Virus record (IMG/VR): IMGVR_UViG_3300014204_000019
Source of the DNA: an uncultured virus (IMG/VR IMGVR_UViG_3300014204_000019)
Lineage: Duplodnaviria; Heunggongvirae; Uroviricota; Caudoviricetes
Length of the DNA stretch: 64,000 nt
Strand: one strand, 5' to 3'
Part shown: piece after piece, positions 1 through 10,064 of the stretch
Layout of the letters: the number at the start of each line of letters is the position of its first letter
How positions within the stretch are numbered: position 1 is the first letter of the stretch
Notes under the pieces: generated by a model
Told to the model about the DNA's origin: nothing
Seen by the model: only the letters and a program-made list of their open reading frames with translations
The model's database searches: none
Position numbers and translations under genes: made by a program

Positions 1-52
1 GTGAACGTTTTCTCTTTACATTTAATCCAGATGGTTATCTGCGGAGGGTTAG

Positions 53-601
53 ATGAATATAGAAGAAAACGTAATGGTACAAAAGGAAGAAGAAATCTGG
101 AAAGAAATTCCGGGATATCCTAAGTATCAAGTATCTAATTTAGGTCGCGTTAGAACACCACGACATTTTAAGGCGCCGAAGATTTTAAAGTTTGCTGTAG
201 GAAATTCCGGTTATGCACATTTACAGCTTACATTCGCTAAATATTGTTCTACTACTATGGATATACATCGTCTTGTTGCTATAACATTTTTAGGTGTACC
301 TTTTAATGATACCTATCAAGTGAACCATAAGGATGGTAATAAACTAAATAATAGATTAGAAAATCTTGTATGGGTTTCACCACAAGAAAATATACATCAC
401 GCAATACAAAATGGTCATATTAATCAATTTGGTGAAAACGGTCCAAACACTAAATTATCTGCTGAACAGGTTTTAGCAATACGCAAGGAGATGGAAGATT
501 CAAAATGGAAACTTACCTACAAAGCATTAGGTGAAAAATACGGTGTAAATAGCAACACTATTCGTCTTATTGTATATCGTTTAAGATGGAGGTGTATATG
601 A
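53..601 (+). CDS. NUMOD4-HNH homing endonuclease with C-terminal HTH
   Basis: EIWKEIPGYPKYQVSNLGRVR (NUMOD4), IHRLVA...VNHKDGNKLNNRLENL (HNH), KLSAEQVLAIR...YKALGEKYGV (HTH); GGAGG RBS upstream. Confidence 0.92.
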   Translation: MNIEENVMVQKEEEIWKEIPGYPKYQVSNLGRVRTPRHFKAPKILKFAVGNSGYAHLQLTFAKYCSTTMDIHRLVAITFLGVPFNDTYQVNHKDGNKLNNRLENLVWVSPQENIHHAIQNGHINQFGENGPNTKLSAEQVLAIRKEMEDSKWKLTYKALGEKYGVNSNTIRLIVYRLRWRCI

Positions 602-1773
602 ACCGTGCAGGCTACCCACACTATACAAATCTTCTGTTCGCTTTGCCGTTAAGCGGTAGATTTCTTCCACCAGAAATAATGTTTGCTTTTCATTCGCTTG
701 CGATGCCAATGAACTACAACAACATCGTACAGACAACAAAAGGTATGAATGTCGCAGAAGCGCGTGAACAATTCGCGGACATCGCATTACAAAATAATTG
801 TAAATACATCTTCTTTTTAGATGAAGACGTTGCGTGTCCTCCACAAACAATACCAGAATTAATATATAAAATGGAACAAAACCCTGATATTGCAGTTTGT
901 GGTGGTGTATATTGTCTTAAACGTGATCCTTCTGAACCATTAATATTCATGGGAAATGGCAATGGTCCATTCTGGGATTGGAAGGTTGGAGATTTCTTTG
1001 AGTGTAGTGGTATAGGAATGGGTTGTACGCTTATAAGAGTGGAAGCATTAAAAGATCTTAAAAGACCATTCTTTAAAACCGTATATGATTATAGTAAAAT
1101 GATGGATTTCGGTGTTCCTGCATTAGAATCGTGGACAGAGGATTTATGGTTTTGTAAACGCATTTCTGATACGAAAAAATGGAAAGTATATGTTGATACT
1201 TCTATTATGTGTTTACATTATGATTTAAATACAGGAAAAGCATATAGTTTACCACAAGATTCTAAACCAATACAACATTTGACTACAAAAAAAGGAACAA
1301 AAAAGATCCTCGATATCGGTTCCATGTTATGCGAGAATGGTTATTATCAAACTTCCGAAGGAAATACAATAAAAGTAGATTATGATTCTCCTGATTCAAT
1401 AAACTCTGATTATAAGTGTGATCTGAGTAGACTTCCATTTGCGAATGAAGAGTTTGATATAGTATTTTCTCCTGCGTTAGAGTATTTTAATCGTTTGAAG
1501 GTAGAAAACGTTATTAAAGAGTGGAAAAGAGTTTTAAAGTCGAATGGAGAATTAAGACTTGTTGTTGAGAATTTAGAAAACGTCATAGACGCGGTAAAAA
1601 ATAACACAAAAGAGGTCTCTTGCCTTTTCCGCGGGAATACGAATAGATTACGTTGTAATGGTTTCACGAAAGATTATCTTAAACTTCTTTTAGAGAAGTG
1701 TGATTTTTCACCGAAAAGTATTGAATTTGTTCCATCCGACGCATTCCATATTGGTATAAGAGCGATAAAGTAA
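598..1773 (+). CDS. GT-A (GT2-like) glycosyltransferase fused to class I SAM methyltransferase
   Basis: IFFLDEDV DxD motif, GMGCTLI, TEDLWFC; C-terminal KILDIGS, LPFANEEFDIVFS, EWKRVLKSNGEL. Start placed at ATG 598 (after GGAGG, ATGA overlap with the HNH stop) rather than 586. Confidence 0.85.
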   Translation: MNRAGYPHYTNLLFALPLSGRFLPPEIMFAFHSLAMPMNYNNIVQTTKGMNVAEAREQFADIALQNNCKYIFFLDEDVACPPQTIPELIYKMEQNPDIAVCGGVYCLKRDPSEPLIFMGNGNGPFWDWKVGDFFECSGIGMGCTLIRVEALKDLKRPFFKTVYDYSKMMDFGVPALESWTEDLWFCKRISDTKKWKVYVDTSIMCLHYDLNTGKAYSLPQDSKPIQHLTTKKGTKKILDIGSMLCENGYYQTSEGNTIKVDYDSPDSINSDYKCDLSRLPFANEEFDIVFSPALEYFNRLKVENVIKEWKRVLKSNGELRLVVENLENVIDAVKNNTKEVSCLFRGNTNRLRCNGFTKDYLKLLLEKCDFSPKSIEFVPSDAFHIGIRAIK

Positions 1774-1782
1774 TTTAAAAAC

Positions 1783-1995
1783 ATGTTCCCGATATTGATT
1801 TATCCTTCTGATGTTCTGTCATGTGGTGATATAATCTTTAAACATATATCACCACATGTTTCTACAGCCTTAACAATAAATGATGAGTTAATAAACAAAA
1901 TATTTACATTTACAAACTTTTCTGACATTTTACGTATAACAAACACACCAAACACACTATTAACTATATCAAATACTGTCATTGCCACCGTATAA
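1783..1995 (+). CDS. hypothetical protein
   Basis: 70 aa ORF tightly packed between co-oriented genes. Confidence 0.5.
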   Translation: MFPILIYPSDVLSCGDIIFKHISPHVSTALTINDELINKIFTFTNFSDILRITNTPNTLLTISNTVIATV

Positions 1996-2004
1996 CATCC
2001 TATT

Positions 2005-2304
2005 ATGAACTACACAAAAGGTCAACTTGTTCATTGTAGTGCGGAATTTAAAGCTTATATTAACAGTGTATTAACATATGTTGATCCGGATGTAGTTTAT
2101 TTTAAATTTAAACGTCCTGGAGCGAATACTGTAACTTATACTTATGGTGTAGATGTACAACTTGTTAAAAGTGCCACCGGTAAATATTATGTAGACCTTG
2201 ATACTTCATCCTATACCGGAATATGGTATTATAAATTCTATTCTACCGGACAATATCAATCCGCGCAACAAGATGAGTTTATTGTAGAAGTAGATAAAGT
2301 ATAA
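2005..2304 (+). CDS. small beta-rich protein, probably virion-associated
   Basis: TGKYYVDLDT...GIWYYKF Ig-like pattern; just upstream of portal. Confidence 0.5.
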   Translation: MNYTKGQLVHCSAEFKAYINSVLTYVDPDVVYFKFKRPGANTVTYTYGVDVQLVKSATGKYYVDLDTSSYTGIWYYKFYSTGQYQSAQQDEFIVEVDKV

Positions 2305-2332
2305 TTTAATACGTTATTATTTAATAAAAACT

Positions 2333-3865
2333 ATGTCTGATATAAATACAGCACCAAATAAAGTATCTGATTTAACACAAATAACAAACATATCAGATAA
2401 TAGTGTATCCCAAGCATTTTCTTCTTCCGCGATAATACCATTACCAATAAAACCACCTGCACCGCAACTATCCTTAGAGTTACCTGATTTTTCAGAATAC
2501 GGTAAAACCGGTATACGACGTTTTACTGGTCGTGTTTATGAGGAATTTCTTACTTCTCTCCGCGGATTATCTGGTGTTCGTATATATCGAGAGATGTCAG
2601 ATAATGATGATGTTATTGGAGCATCATTAAATGCGATCGAAAGACTCGTTGCACAAACATCATGGACTGTAGAACCATATGATTCTTCTGTTGAATGCAA
2701 AAAAGACGCGCAGTTCCTTGAAGAATGTAGATCCGACATGGAACATTCATGGTCAGATTTCATTCTTGAAGCAAATTCGTGTCTTATTTATGGTTGGTCT
2801 CTTCTTGAAGAGTGTTATAAACTTCGTAAAGGTGATAATGTAGATAAAAGAATCAATAGTAAATATAATGACGGTTTAGTGGGTTGGAGAAAATTTTCTC
2901 GTCGTATGCAAAGCACTCTTTACATTTGGGATTTTGAGGATAACGGCGATATCCGCGGGATGATACAAAATCCTCCTCCAGAGTATATATTTCGTTATGT
3001 ACCATTAGACAAATCCTTATTATTTCGTACAAAAATAGAAGGCAACAACCCTGAAGGACGTAGTATTTTACGTAATACTTATAAATCGTATTATTTTAAA
3101 AAATCAATACAGATTATTGAGGCAATAGGAATTGAACGTGATCTTGTTGGAATTCCGATTTTAACACCCCCTGATACGTGGGACATAACTGATCCCAAAA
3201 ATAAGTCTTTATTGGAATTTGCACGTAAGCTTTTATCAAACTTAAGAAGAGATGAACAAGAAGGTGTGTTTCTTCCTCCGGGATGGTTATTATCGCTTTT
3301 ATCAAGCGGAAATAGCCGAAGACAATTCGACACAGATAAAATTCTAAATAGATATGATAAAAGAATTGCAATAACACTTCTTGCTCAATTTATTATGCTA
3401 GGAATGGATCGCGTAGGATCGTTTGCGTTATCGAAGAATCAAGGAGACTTGTTTAACATCGCAGTTCAATCCTATATAAATAGGATGGCTGATACAATAA
3501 ATAAAGACGCAATACCACGTTTATTTAGAATGAATCCTAGTTTAGGAAAAGGAAATAAATTACCAAAACTTATTCCGTCAAATGTTGCCGCACCCAATCT
3601 AACAGAACTCGCATCGTATATTAATGCTTTAGCAAAAGCGAATGTTCTTCCTACAGACAATGAAACATTAGTTTCCGCACTTGTTAGACTTGGTGGTTTT
3701 TACACTGGAAACGAAGCAAAAATCGGTGATTTATTTTCAAACACGATAGAAGATAAAGGAAAATACATCGGAAGTAATAAAGTGAAAAAACCTGCTCAAG
3801 TTTCCGATGTTAGTGTAAACGACAATTCCGATAAGGATGTTGAGTCACAATCAAAATTAACCTAA
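2333..3865 (+). CDS. portal protein (DUF935/Mu gp29-like)
   Basis: 510 aa; GNNPEGRSILR, IEAIGIERDLVGIP, GSFALS motifs; position before head genes. Confidence 0.88.
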   Translation: MSDINTAPNKVSDLTQITNISDNSVSQAFSSSAIIPLPIKPPAPQLSLELPDFSEYGKTGIRRFTGRVYEEFLTSLRGLSGVRIYREMSDNDDVIGASLNAIERLVAQTSWTVEPYDSSVECKKDAQFLEECRSDMEHSWSDFILEANSCLIYGWSLLEECYKLRKGDNVDKRINSKYNDGLVGWRKFSRRMQSTLYIWDFEDNGDIRGMIQNPPPEYIFRYVPLDKSLLFRTKIEGNNPEGRSILRNTYKSYYFKKSIQIIEAIGIERDLVGIPILTPPDTWDITDPKNKSLLEFARKLLSNLRRDEQEGVFLPPGWLLSLLSSGNSRRQFDTDKILNRYDKRIAITLLAQFIMLGMDRVGSFALSKNQGDLFNIAVQSYINRMADTINKDAIPRLFRMNPSLGKGNKLPKLIPSNVAAPNLTELASYINALAKANVLPTDNETLVSALVRLGGFYTGNEAKIGDLFSNTIEDKGKYIGSNKVKKPAQVSDVSVNDNSDKDVESQSKLT

Positions 3866-3894
3866 GTAGCCAATTAACTTTTTAAGAGAAAATC

Positions 3895-4608
3895 ATGGCA
3901 GATCCGATTTCTGTAAGTGATGTTTCTGATGCTTTATCGTTAGATGATGTGGTAAACGGTAAACAATATTTTTGTGTATTAGATATACGTGATGTATTAT
4001 CATATGATGATATCGTAAACGGTGATCAAAATATCCTTATAGATACGATTATAGATGCATTAACTTATACTGATGTGGCACAAGGTAAACAGCCACTTCG
4101 TTCAAACGTTATAACTGATACGTTATCTTTAAGTGATGCTGCAAATGATATTTGTATAATACGTTTACCTTTAGTGGGATCAAGTTTCGCATCTATATTC
4201 AATGATAGTGTTTATAAAGAAAGCCTAAGACGTATGTCAAGTTATCAACAATCAGAAAATAAAGAAAATGTAAAAGTGGGTTGGGGAAATTTTGTTGACC
4301 AATCTTCCACAGATACATACGTGGATATTGGAAGTTTATGCGTAAGTTTTTTTAGAACTAAAACGTTTGTTTTCACCGCGACGTTAAATGATTTATTAGT
4401 TAACGTGCTTGGTTCTATCGATGGTGGTCTTACTTATGACATAACTTTAGAATCGGATATAAATATAACGGTTGGAACACCATTAACAAAAACTTATGCA
4501 ACACCATTAACACATATTAAAATACAAGTAAAGTCTGCAACCGCAGGAAGTGTTGGTACATTAGCAACGAAGCACTTCCAAACCTGGGCGGAACTTTATG
4601 TTATGTAA
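3895..4608 (+). CDS. putative virion protein with N-terminal DxL(S/T)xxD repeats and C-terminal beta-sandwich
   Basis: four ~21-aa repeats (DALSLDD, DVLSYDD, DALTYTD, DTLSLSD); LVNVLGSIDGG...HIKIQVK. Confidence 0.55.
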   Translation: MADPISVSDVSDALSLDDVVNGKQYFCVLDIRDVLSYDDIVNGDQNILIDTIIDALTYTDVAQGKQPLRSNVITDTLSLSDAANDICIIRLPLVGSSFASIFNDSVYKESLRRMSSYQQSENKENVKVGWGNFVDQSSTDTYVDIGSLCVSFFRTKTFVFTATLNDLLVNVLGSIDGGLTYDITLESDINITVGTPLTKTYATPLTHIKIQVKSATAGSVGTLATKHFQTWAELYVM

Positions 4609-4653
4609 TTATGTAAAATAAAAATATAATAAAATAAGTAAGGACATAGCATT

Positions 4654-6039
4654 ATGTATAAAAAATTATTTTTCTTTCTATTTCTCGTTATTGTTTTCAC
4701 GCACGCTGTTGTTTTAAGTTATGCGGATACTCGTACACCTCCGATGATTGTAATGGATAAACCTACAATTACAATAGCAGGAGCTTCAACGTATAGCACA
4801 ACTTCTGTAACAACCGGAGTTCATGAAGCAAACGTTCAATTTAAATTTAATACTGTTGCTGGAACATATACTGGTTGTACTGTACAAGCTTATACTACAA
4901 TTGATGGTATAAATTATTTAACATTTGGTTCTGCACAAGCTGTTACTGTTACTACAGGTACGATAAATACGTGGACACTGGTGGAAACCGCGCCATCATC
5001 TAGTGTATCGAGTACTGCTGCCGCCGGATTTGGAGTATATACAAAATATAAATTTTCTTGTGCTGCTGCGTATGGAACATCCGCAAACACATCTATTTCT
5101 GTAATATATTACCCAAATGGTATATCAGCACAAAGTTTAGACCCGTCAGCGAGTCCGGTGTTTGCAGGTCTTACTATACCAACTTTAACTAGTACAATAT
5201 TAAAAACAACATCTGCTGGTGTTGTTACATCTTCAACGGCTGGTGTTGATTATCTCGGAGGTTCCGGAACGTCTAATTATATTCCAGTATTTACTGGTGT
5301 CAAAACTATAGGTAATAGTGGAATATTTTCTACAAACGGAAAATATGGCTTTGGTACAACCAATCCGGATTTGGATTTAACTGTAGAAAAAACATTAAGT
5401 AGTACAGGTTTCGTTGGTGTAAGTTTGGCTGGTAGAATTAATACATCAAGAATGCATTATTCTTCTTTTGTAATACAGCCTGGAACATACGGAGATGAGA
5501 CTGCACGGACAGTGTTTACTGCGGCATCACCAACAGCTACATCTACGGCAGGTGAATTTGATATCTTGACGGAAGATAGTGGACACTATCTTTTAAAATC
5601 AGTATACGTTGATAGTAGTGGATCATATTTACAATTATATGATACAACTGCACCAAAAGTGTCATTAAGTACTTATGGTAATAGTTATATTTTAGTGGGA
5701 AATGTAGGTCTTGGTACTACAGCACCAACTACGAAAATGCATGTTGTTGAGTCAACTACATTGAGTGCTGGAATTACTGATGGTTATACAGCAGCTATGA
5801 CGTTATCGCCAGCGTATGATCAAGGATTTACTGTAACACGTCATAATTATATAGAAGTGGATAATCCTGTTTTAACAAATTCCGCGGCTGTTACAGATGC
5901 AGTCTTATTCAGATTTAATGACTCTGAAGCAAATCATAAAGTTTTATCTGCTGCCGGTGCTGGAAATTGTCCTGTTGGTGCTGCCGGTTGTGTAAAAATT
6001 AACATAAATGGTACTATTAGAGTGTTACCATATTATTAA
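4654..6039 (+). CDS. Ser/Thr-rich fibre/adhesin-like protein with N-terminal signal-peptide-like segment
   Basis: MYKKLFFFLFLVIVFTHAVVLSYA; GKYGFGTTNP and GNVGLGTTAP fibre-type repeats. Confidence 0.6.
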   Translation: MYKKLFFFLFLVIVFTHAVVLSYADTRTPPMIVMDKPTITIAGASTYSTTSVTTGVHEANVQFKFNTVAGTYTGCTVQAYTTIDGINYLTFGSAQAVTVTTGTINTWTLVETAPSSSVSSTAAAGFGVYTKYKFSCAAAYGTSANTSISVIYYPNGISAQSLDPSASPVFAGLTIPTLTSTILKTTSAGVVTSSTAGVDYLGGSGTSNYIPVFTGVKTIGNSGIFSTNGKYGFGTTNPDLDLTVEKTLSSTGFVGVSLAGRINTSRMHYSSFVIQPGTYGDETARTVFTAASPTATSTAGEFDILTEDSGHYLLKSVYVDSSGSYLQLYDTTAPKVSLSTYGNSYILVGNVGLGTTAPTTKMHVVESTTLSAGITDGYTAAMTLSPAYDQGFTVTRHNYIEVDNPVLTNSAAVTDAVLFRFNDSEANHKVLSAAGAGNCPVGAAGCVKININGTIRVLPYY

Positions 6040-6109
6040 AACTTTATTGATATTTTATAATGTTTTGTTGTTAATGTTTTATTAATCTTTTTAGTGGTGG
6101 GATAAGAAT

Positions 6110-6397
6110 ATGGACGCCAAAAAGCAACAATTTTTAACAGACACGGAAGATTTTGCAAGCGCATTCGCTAATTTGGTTGCATTATCACATAAATTAGAAA
6201 ATATATGGATACTTCGAACATACATCGGTGGTGGTGCTCAAGCGATGACTGATGAAGAAGCGGGAACGATTGGTATTACAGCAGCAGAAATGCAAACTGG
6301 AATTAATTTAATGGTACAGTTACAAAATTTATATTCCGGTGCGGTTGTATCTTCAAGCAATCAATATCAAGTATTTATTCAAAAAAGTCGAAGGTAA
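6110..6397 (+). CDS. hypothetical protein
   Basis: 95 aa ORF in head module. Confidence 0.6.
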   Translation: MDAKKQQFLTDTEDFASAFANLVALSHKLENIWILRTYIGGGAQAMTDEEAGTIGITAAEMQTGINLMVQLQNLYSGAVVSSSNQYQVFIQKSRR

Positions 6398-6426
6398 GTT
6401 TACTTTTTGTTGCGGTGTAAAAATTT

Positions 6427-6885
6427 ATGTTATCAGAGGATAAAATTAATATGGAAGATACAGAATCATCCGATAACAAGAAGATTGAAAAATTTATCGA
6501 AATAAAAAAGAACACGTTAAAAGAAGGTTTAGTTTATGGAATAGTGTACGAACCTTTAAAAAAAGACGCACACGGTGATTGGTCAACGTGTGAAGAAATA
6601 CAAAAAATGGCGCATAATTTTTTACCATCCGCTTTACGTAATGGTGTATGGACAAATAAGAATCATTTGAAGGAAATTGAAAAAGAAGATGTTGAGATTG
6701 TAGAAAGTTATATTGCTCCAGTTGATTTTGAACTTAAGGGAGAAAATATTTATAAAGGGTCTTGGATTTTGGTTTCGAAAATAAATTCTGAAGAGTTACG
6801 TAAAGAGATTGAAAATGGAGAATTTACTGGATATAGCCTTGAGGGCGTAGGTAAAAAACTTGATATAGAATTTCCGTGTGCGTAA
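6427..6885 (+). CDS. XkdF-like prohead serine protease
   Basis: LVYGIVYEP..DAHGD, IVESYIAP, KGSWIL, GEFTGYSLEG. Confidence 0.85.
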   Translation: MLSEDKINMEDTESSDNKKIEKFIEIKKNTLKEGLVYGIVYEPLKKDAHGDWSTCEEIQKMAHNFLPSALRNGVWTNKNHLKEIEKEDVEIVESYIAPVDFELKGENIYKGSWILVSKINSEELRKEIENGEFTGYSLEGVGKKLDIEFPCA

Positions 6886-6930
6886 CATTGTGCGTAACGT
6901 TTTATAAGAAATAATAAGAAGGAATATAGT

Positions 6931-7836
6931 ATGGCCTTTCTTAAAGATGTAAATGTTAAACTTGTTTCTTTTGTTAGAAAAGCAGCTAATAAAAGAACTT
7001 TTACGTTGATGAAGTCTGCTGATTCGGATTCTGATTCTATTATTAATGAGGATAATGAAAAAAATAATGAGGTATACAAACCGATGAGAAAAGAAGTAAA
7101 AGCAGCAATTCTTAAGATGGTGAATTTATTTAAATCGGCGGATTCTACAGTCACACCAGATAATATGGTAGAAACGCTTAAGTCTGATGATACACTTAAA
7201 TTGTCTGAGAATGAAATTGTGGAAATCGCTGATCATGTTGAAATGTTAAAAGCTGGTTTTCCTTTTGTTTCTCCGGAGGAGAAGAAGAAAAAGGAAGCTG
7301 AAAATAAAAAGAAAGAGGAAGGAAATAATCTAGTTATGAAGACTGAAGAAGCTGATGAGTTAAAAAAATCGCATGATGCACTAAAGGAAGAAATCATTTC
7401 TTTGAGAAAAGCTCTTACTGATATTACAAAAGCATCAGAAAGACAAGATGTGATGCTATTTCTGCAAAAAGAGTGCGCGTTCCTTCCAGAAGACGTTGAA
7501 AAGACCGCAGAAACTATTTTGGAGCTTTCCGCGGTAAGCCCTAAAATGGCAACCGCGCATAAAGAAACTTTGAAAAAAGCATCGGCTGCTATAGAACAAT
7601 CCAATCTTTTTAAAGAGATTGGAAGTTCTACCGATGCAATACTTAAATCCGAGTCAGAAGTAGAGGGTTTTGATCTCATTAAACAATTTTCTACTTCTCT
7701 TGAAACTATTAAAAAATCGGCCGATGGAAAACCTATTTCATCTGATTCTATCGCAAATCTAGTAAAAGGTTTTGGTCCACAGTATAACGCTTATAGAGAA
7801 GCGCACATTTTGAGAGCGAAAAGAAACGCGATTTAA
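6931..7836 (+). CDS. head scaffold-like protein
   Basis: LKDVNVKLVSFVRKAANKRTF N-terminus followed by charged coiled-coil; between protease and capsid genes. Confidence 0.65.
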   Translation: MAFLKDVNVKLVSFVRKAANKRTFTLMKSADSDSDSIINEDNEKNNEVYKPMRKEVKAAILKMVNLFKSADSTVTPDNMVETLKSDDTLKLSENEIVEIADHVEMLKAGFPFVSPEEKKKKEAENKKKEEGNNLVMKTEEADELKKSHDALKEEIISLRKALTDITKASERQDVMLFLQKECAFLPEDVEKTAETILELSAVSPKMATAHKETLKKASAAIEQSNLFKEIGSSTDAILKSESEVEGFDLIKQFSTSLETIKKSADGKPISSDSIANLVKGFGPQYNAYREAHILRAKRNAI

Positions 7837-7901
7837 TATAAAAATACATTTATTATATTACGACGTGATTAAAAACTTAAAAAATAGGAGTATAAAATAA
7901 G

Positions 7902-8288
7902 ATGGCTCTTGAACAGATTGTTTGTAAAATCGGTCTTAAAGCTCTTTCCGATTTGAGCACAAAACAGTTTTATGCATTACAGCTCATTTCTGGTACAGAT
8001 TATGGTTGTAATCTTGCGACTGCGTCAACACAAAAACCAGGTGGTGTGTTACAAAATAAACCTACCTCTGGAAAAGCCGCGGATTCTGTATTTGTTGGTT
8101 TAACTAAAGCGGTTGCTGGTGGTACAATACATGTAGGTGATCGTGTTACAGCAACCTCTGATGGCACGTTTGTTGCTACAACCACCGCAAAAGATTTTAC
8201 GTGGGGTTATAGTTTAACCGAAGCTTCTTCTGGTGATGTTTTCTCGTTTTTTGCAAATATCGCTGGTGGAAGAGATAGTGGAAATTAA
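7902..8288 (+). CDS. capsid decoration/cement protein (DUF2190-like)
   Basis: 128 aa Gly/Ala/Thr-rich; GVLQNKP, AGGTIHVGDRV; directly before major capsid. Confidence 0.75.
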   Translation: MALEQIVCKIGLKALSDLSTKQFYALQLISGTDYGCNLATASTQKPGGVLQNKPTSGKAADSVFVGLTKAVAGGTIHVGDRVTATSDGTFVATTTAKDFTWGYSLTEASSGDVFSFFANIAGGRDSGN

Positions 8289-8353
8289 TATATTTTTTAT
8301 TTCAAGACATTTTAATCTAGTTTAATTTAATTTTAATATGAGGAGATTTAATT

Positions 8354-9316
8354 GTGCCACAGCCTACTCAATCTGACCTTCACGTAGATGTGCTCTTAAC
8401 AATGCTTAGTATAGCATATATGAACGAACCGGACGCGTTTATCGCAGATGAAGCGTTTCCGGTAATTCCTGTCGCAAAGCAGTCTAATAAACTTGCAAAG
8501 TATACCAAGGAATTTTGGTTCCGTGATGAAGCAAAACTTCGTGCACCGGGAGAAGAAGCAAAAGGTTCAGGATATGGTGTAGATACTTCTGATACGTATT
8601 TCGCGGATAATTATGCTTTTAAAGATGATATTCCCGATGAAACACGTGAAAATTACGATCAGCCATTTGATCCGGATAATGATTCTGTTCTTCTTGTGAC
8701 AGAAAAACTTAAACTACGTCGTGAAGTTTCTTTTGCGACGGATTTCTTTACTACGGGAGTTTGGGTTGCTACAGGTTCTGATACTAATTTTGCTTCAACA
8801 CCTACAACACAATGGTCAGATTATGCAAATTCTGATCCTATCGGTGATGTAGAAGCAGGAAGAGAAGCAATATACACCGGAACAGGAAAAGATCCAAATA
8901 AATTTATTATTGGTCGTGGTGTTTGGGCAAAACTGAAACATCATCCGGATTTAATTGAGAGAATCAAATATACGCAAAAAGCTATTCTAACCGTAGATCT
9001 TGTCGCATCGCTTCTTGAAATTCCTAGACTTATGATAGGGAAAGCGTTATATAATAGTACGAGTGAAGCCGCAGCAACGCAGACTTACGGTTATATTTTT
9101 GGTAAACATGGACTTTTAATGTATACTCCGGATCGTCCTGGATTACGCACACCAAGTGCGGGATATACATTTCATTGGTCAAAATTTGGTGGAATTTCCT
9201 ACATCCGCAGACTTCGTGATGAAAAAGGTCAGTATGACCGAATAGAAGGTCATACTTTCTACGATCAGAAAGCGGTTGCGACAGATTGTGGTTATTTCAT
9301 GCAGAATCTTTGTTAA
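8354..9316 (+). CDS. major capsid protein
   Basis: HVDVLLTMLSIAYMN..FIAD..FP.IPV.KQS, WSDYANSDPIGD, LKHHPDLIERIKY; GTG start after GAGGAG. Confidence 0.88.
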   Translation: MPQPTQSDLHVDVLLTMLSIAYMNEPDAFIADEAFPVIPVAKQSNKLAKYTKEFWFRDEAKLRAPGEEAKGSGYGVDTSDTYFADNYAFKDDIPDETRENYDQPFDPDNDSVLLVTEKLKLRREVSFATDFFTTGVWVATGSDTNFASTPTTQWSDYANSDPIGDVEAGREAIYTGTGKDPNKFIIGRGVWAKLKHHPDLIERIKYTQKAILTVDLVASLLEIPRLMIGKALYNSTSEAAATQTYGYIFGKHGLLMYTPDRPGLRTPSAGYTFHWSKFGGISYIRRLRDEKGQYDRIEGHTFYDQKAVATDCGYFMQNLC

Positions 9317-9351
9317 CGTATTTAGATAAAAAAGAATGGAGAACAAAAGTC

Positions 9352-9717
9352 ATGGCAGACTCTACATTTAAGTTTTACGCGAGAATTCCTTTTGGATATG
9401 ACAAGAAATTTCGTGATAGGGGAGAGGTTTTTACCTTAATCGGTGCAAAAAACGATAATAAATTGCAAACGTTAAGGTATATTCTCCCCTTTAATCCAAA
9501 AGAGCACAAAGAAATTTTATGTGATAGTTGTGGTAGAAAATTTATCGCGATGTCTTTTTTTGATGCACATAAAAGAAAAAGATCTTGCGATGATGATTCA
9601 CAAGTACCAACAAGATTGGAAACTGCTGAATTAATCGGTGCTGATCCCGATAAGTTTACGATGTCTGATGGTGATAATATTAAACAGACAGCAACTGATT
9701 TTTCAGACGCGCTTTAA
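9352..9717 (+). CDS. hypothetical protein with C2H-type zinc-finger-like motif
   Basis: CDSCGRKF......H; start placed at ATG 9352 after GGAG. Confidence 0.55.
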   Translation: MADSTFKFYARIPFGYDKKFRDRGEVFTLIGAKNDNKLQTLRYILPFNPKEHKEILCDSCGRKFIAMSFFDAHKRKRSCDDDSQVPTRLETAELIGADPDKFTMSDGDNIKQTATDFSDAL

Positions 9718-9741
9718 CTTGTTTTAAAGGATATTATCATC

Positions 9742-10005
9742 ATGTATACAGAAATTGTTACATTTGATAGTGGAGTTTCCCGTCTTAGAATAAACATTGA
9801 TCCAGAAAATATTTATTTTACTGACGAAAATTTTAAGAGTATTTTATCAACATGTAGTATGATGATTGATCGTGCTGCAGTGAAATGTCTATTAGGATTG
9901 ATACAAAAACTAAAAGATAAAAGTAACAACGTTGAGGATAATCTTAAGGTTATCGAAGTACGTAATATGCTTAATAGATATGAAGCGGGATTAATTGAGA
10001 TTTAA
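9742..10005 (+). CDS. head-tail adaptor-like protein (short)
   Basis: RLRINID...FTDE...L...AAVKC resembles the next gene. Confidence 0.45.
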   Translation: MYTEIVTFDSGVSRLRINIDPENIYFTDENFKSILSTCSMMIDRAAVKCLLGLIQKLKDKSNNVEDNLKVIEVRNMLNRYEAGLIEI

Positions 10006-10064
10006 TCTTTTTACGTTACGTTTTACGTTAATTTTGTTTCATACAATTTATAAGAGAAAAAGAA

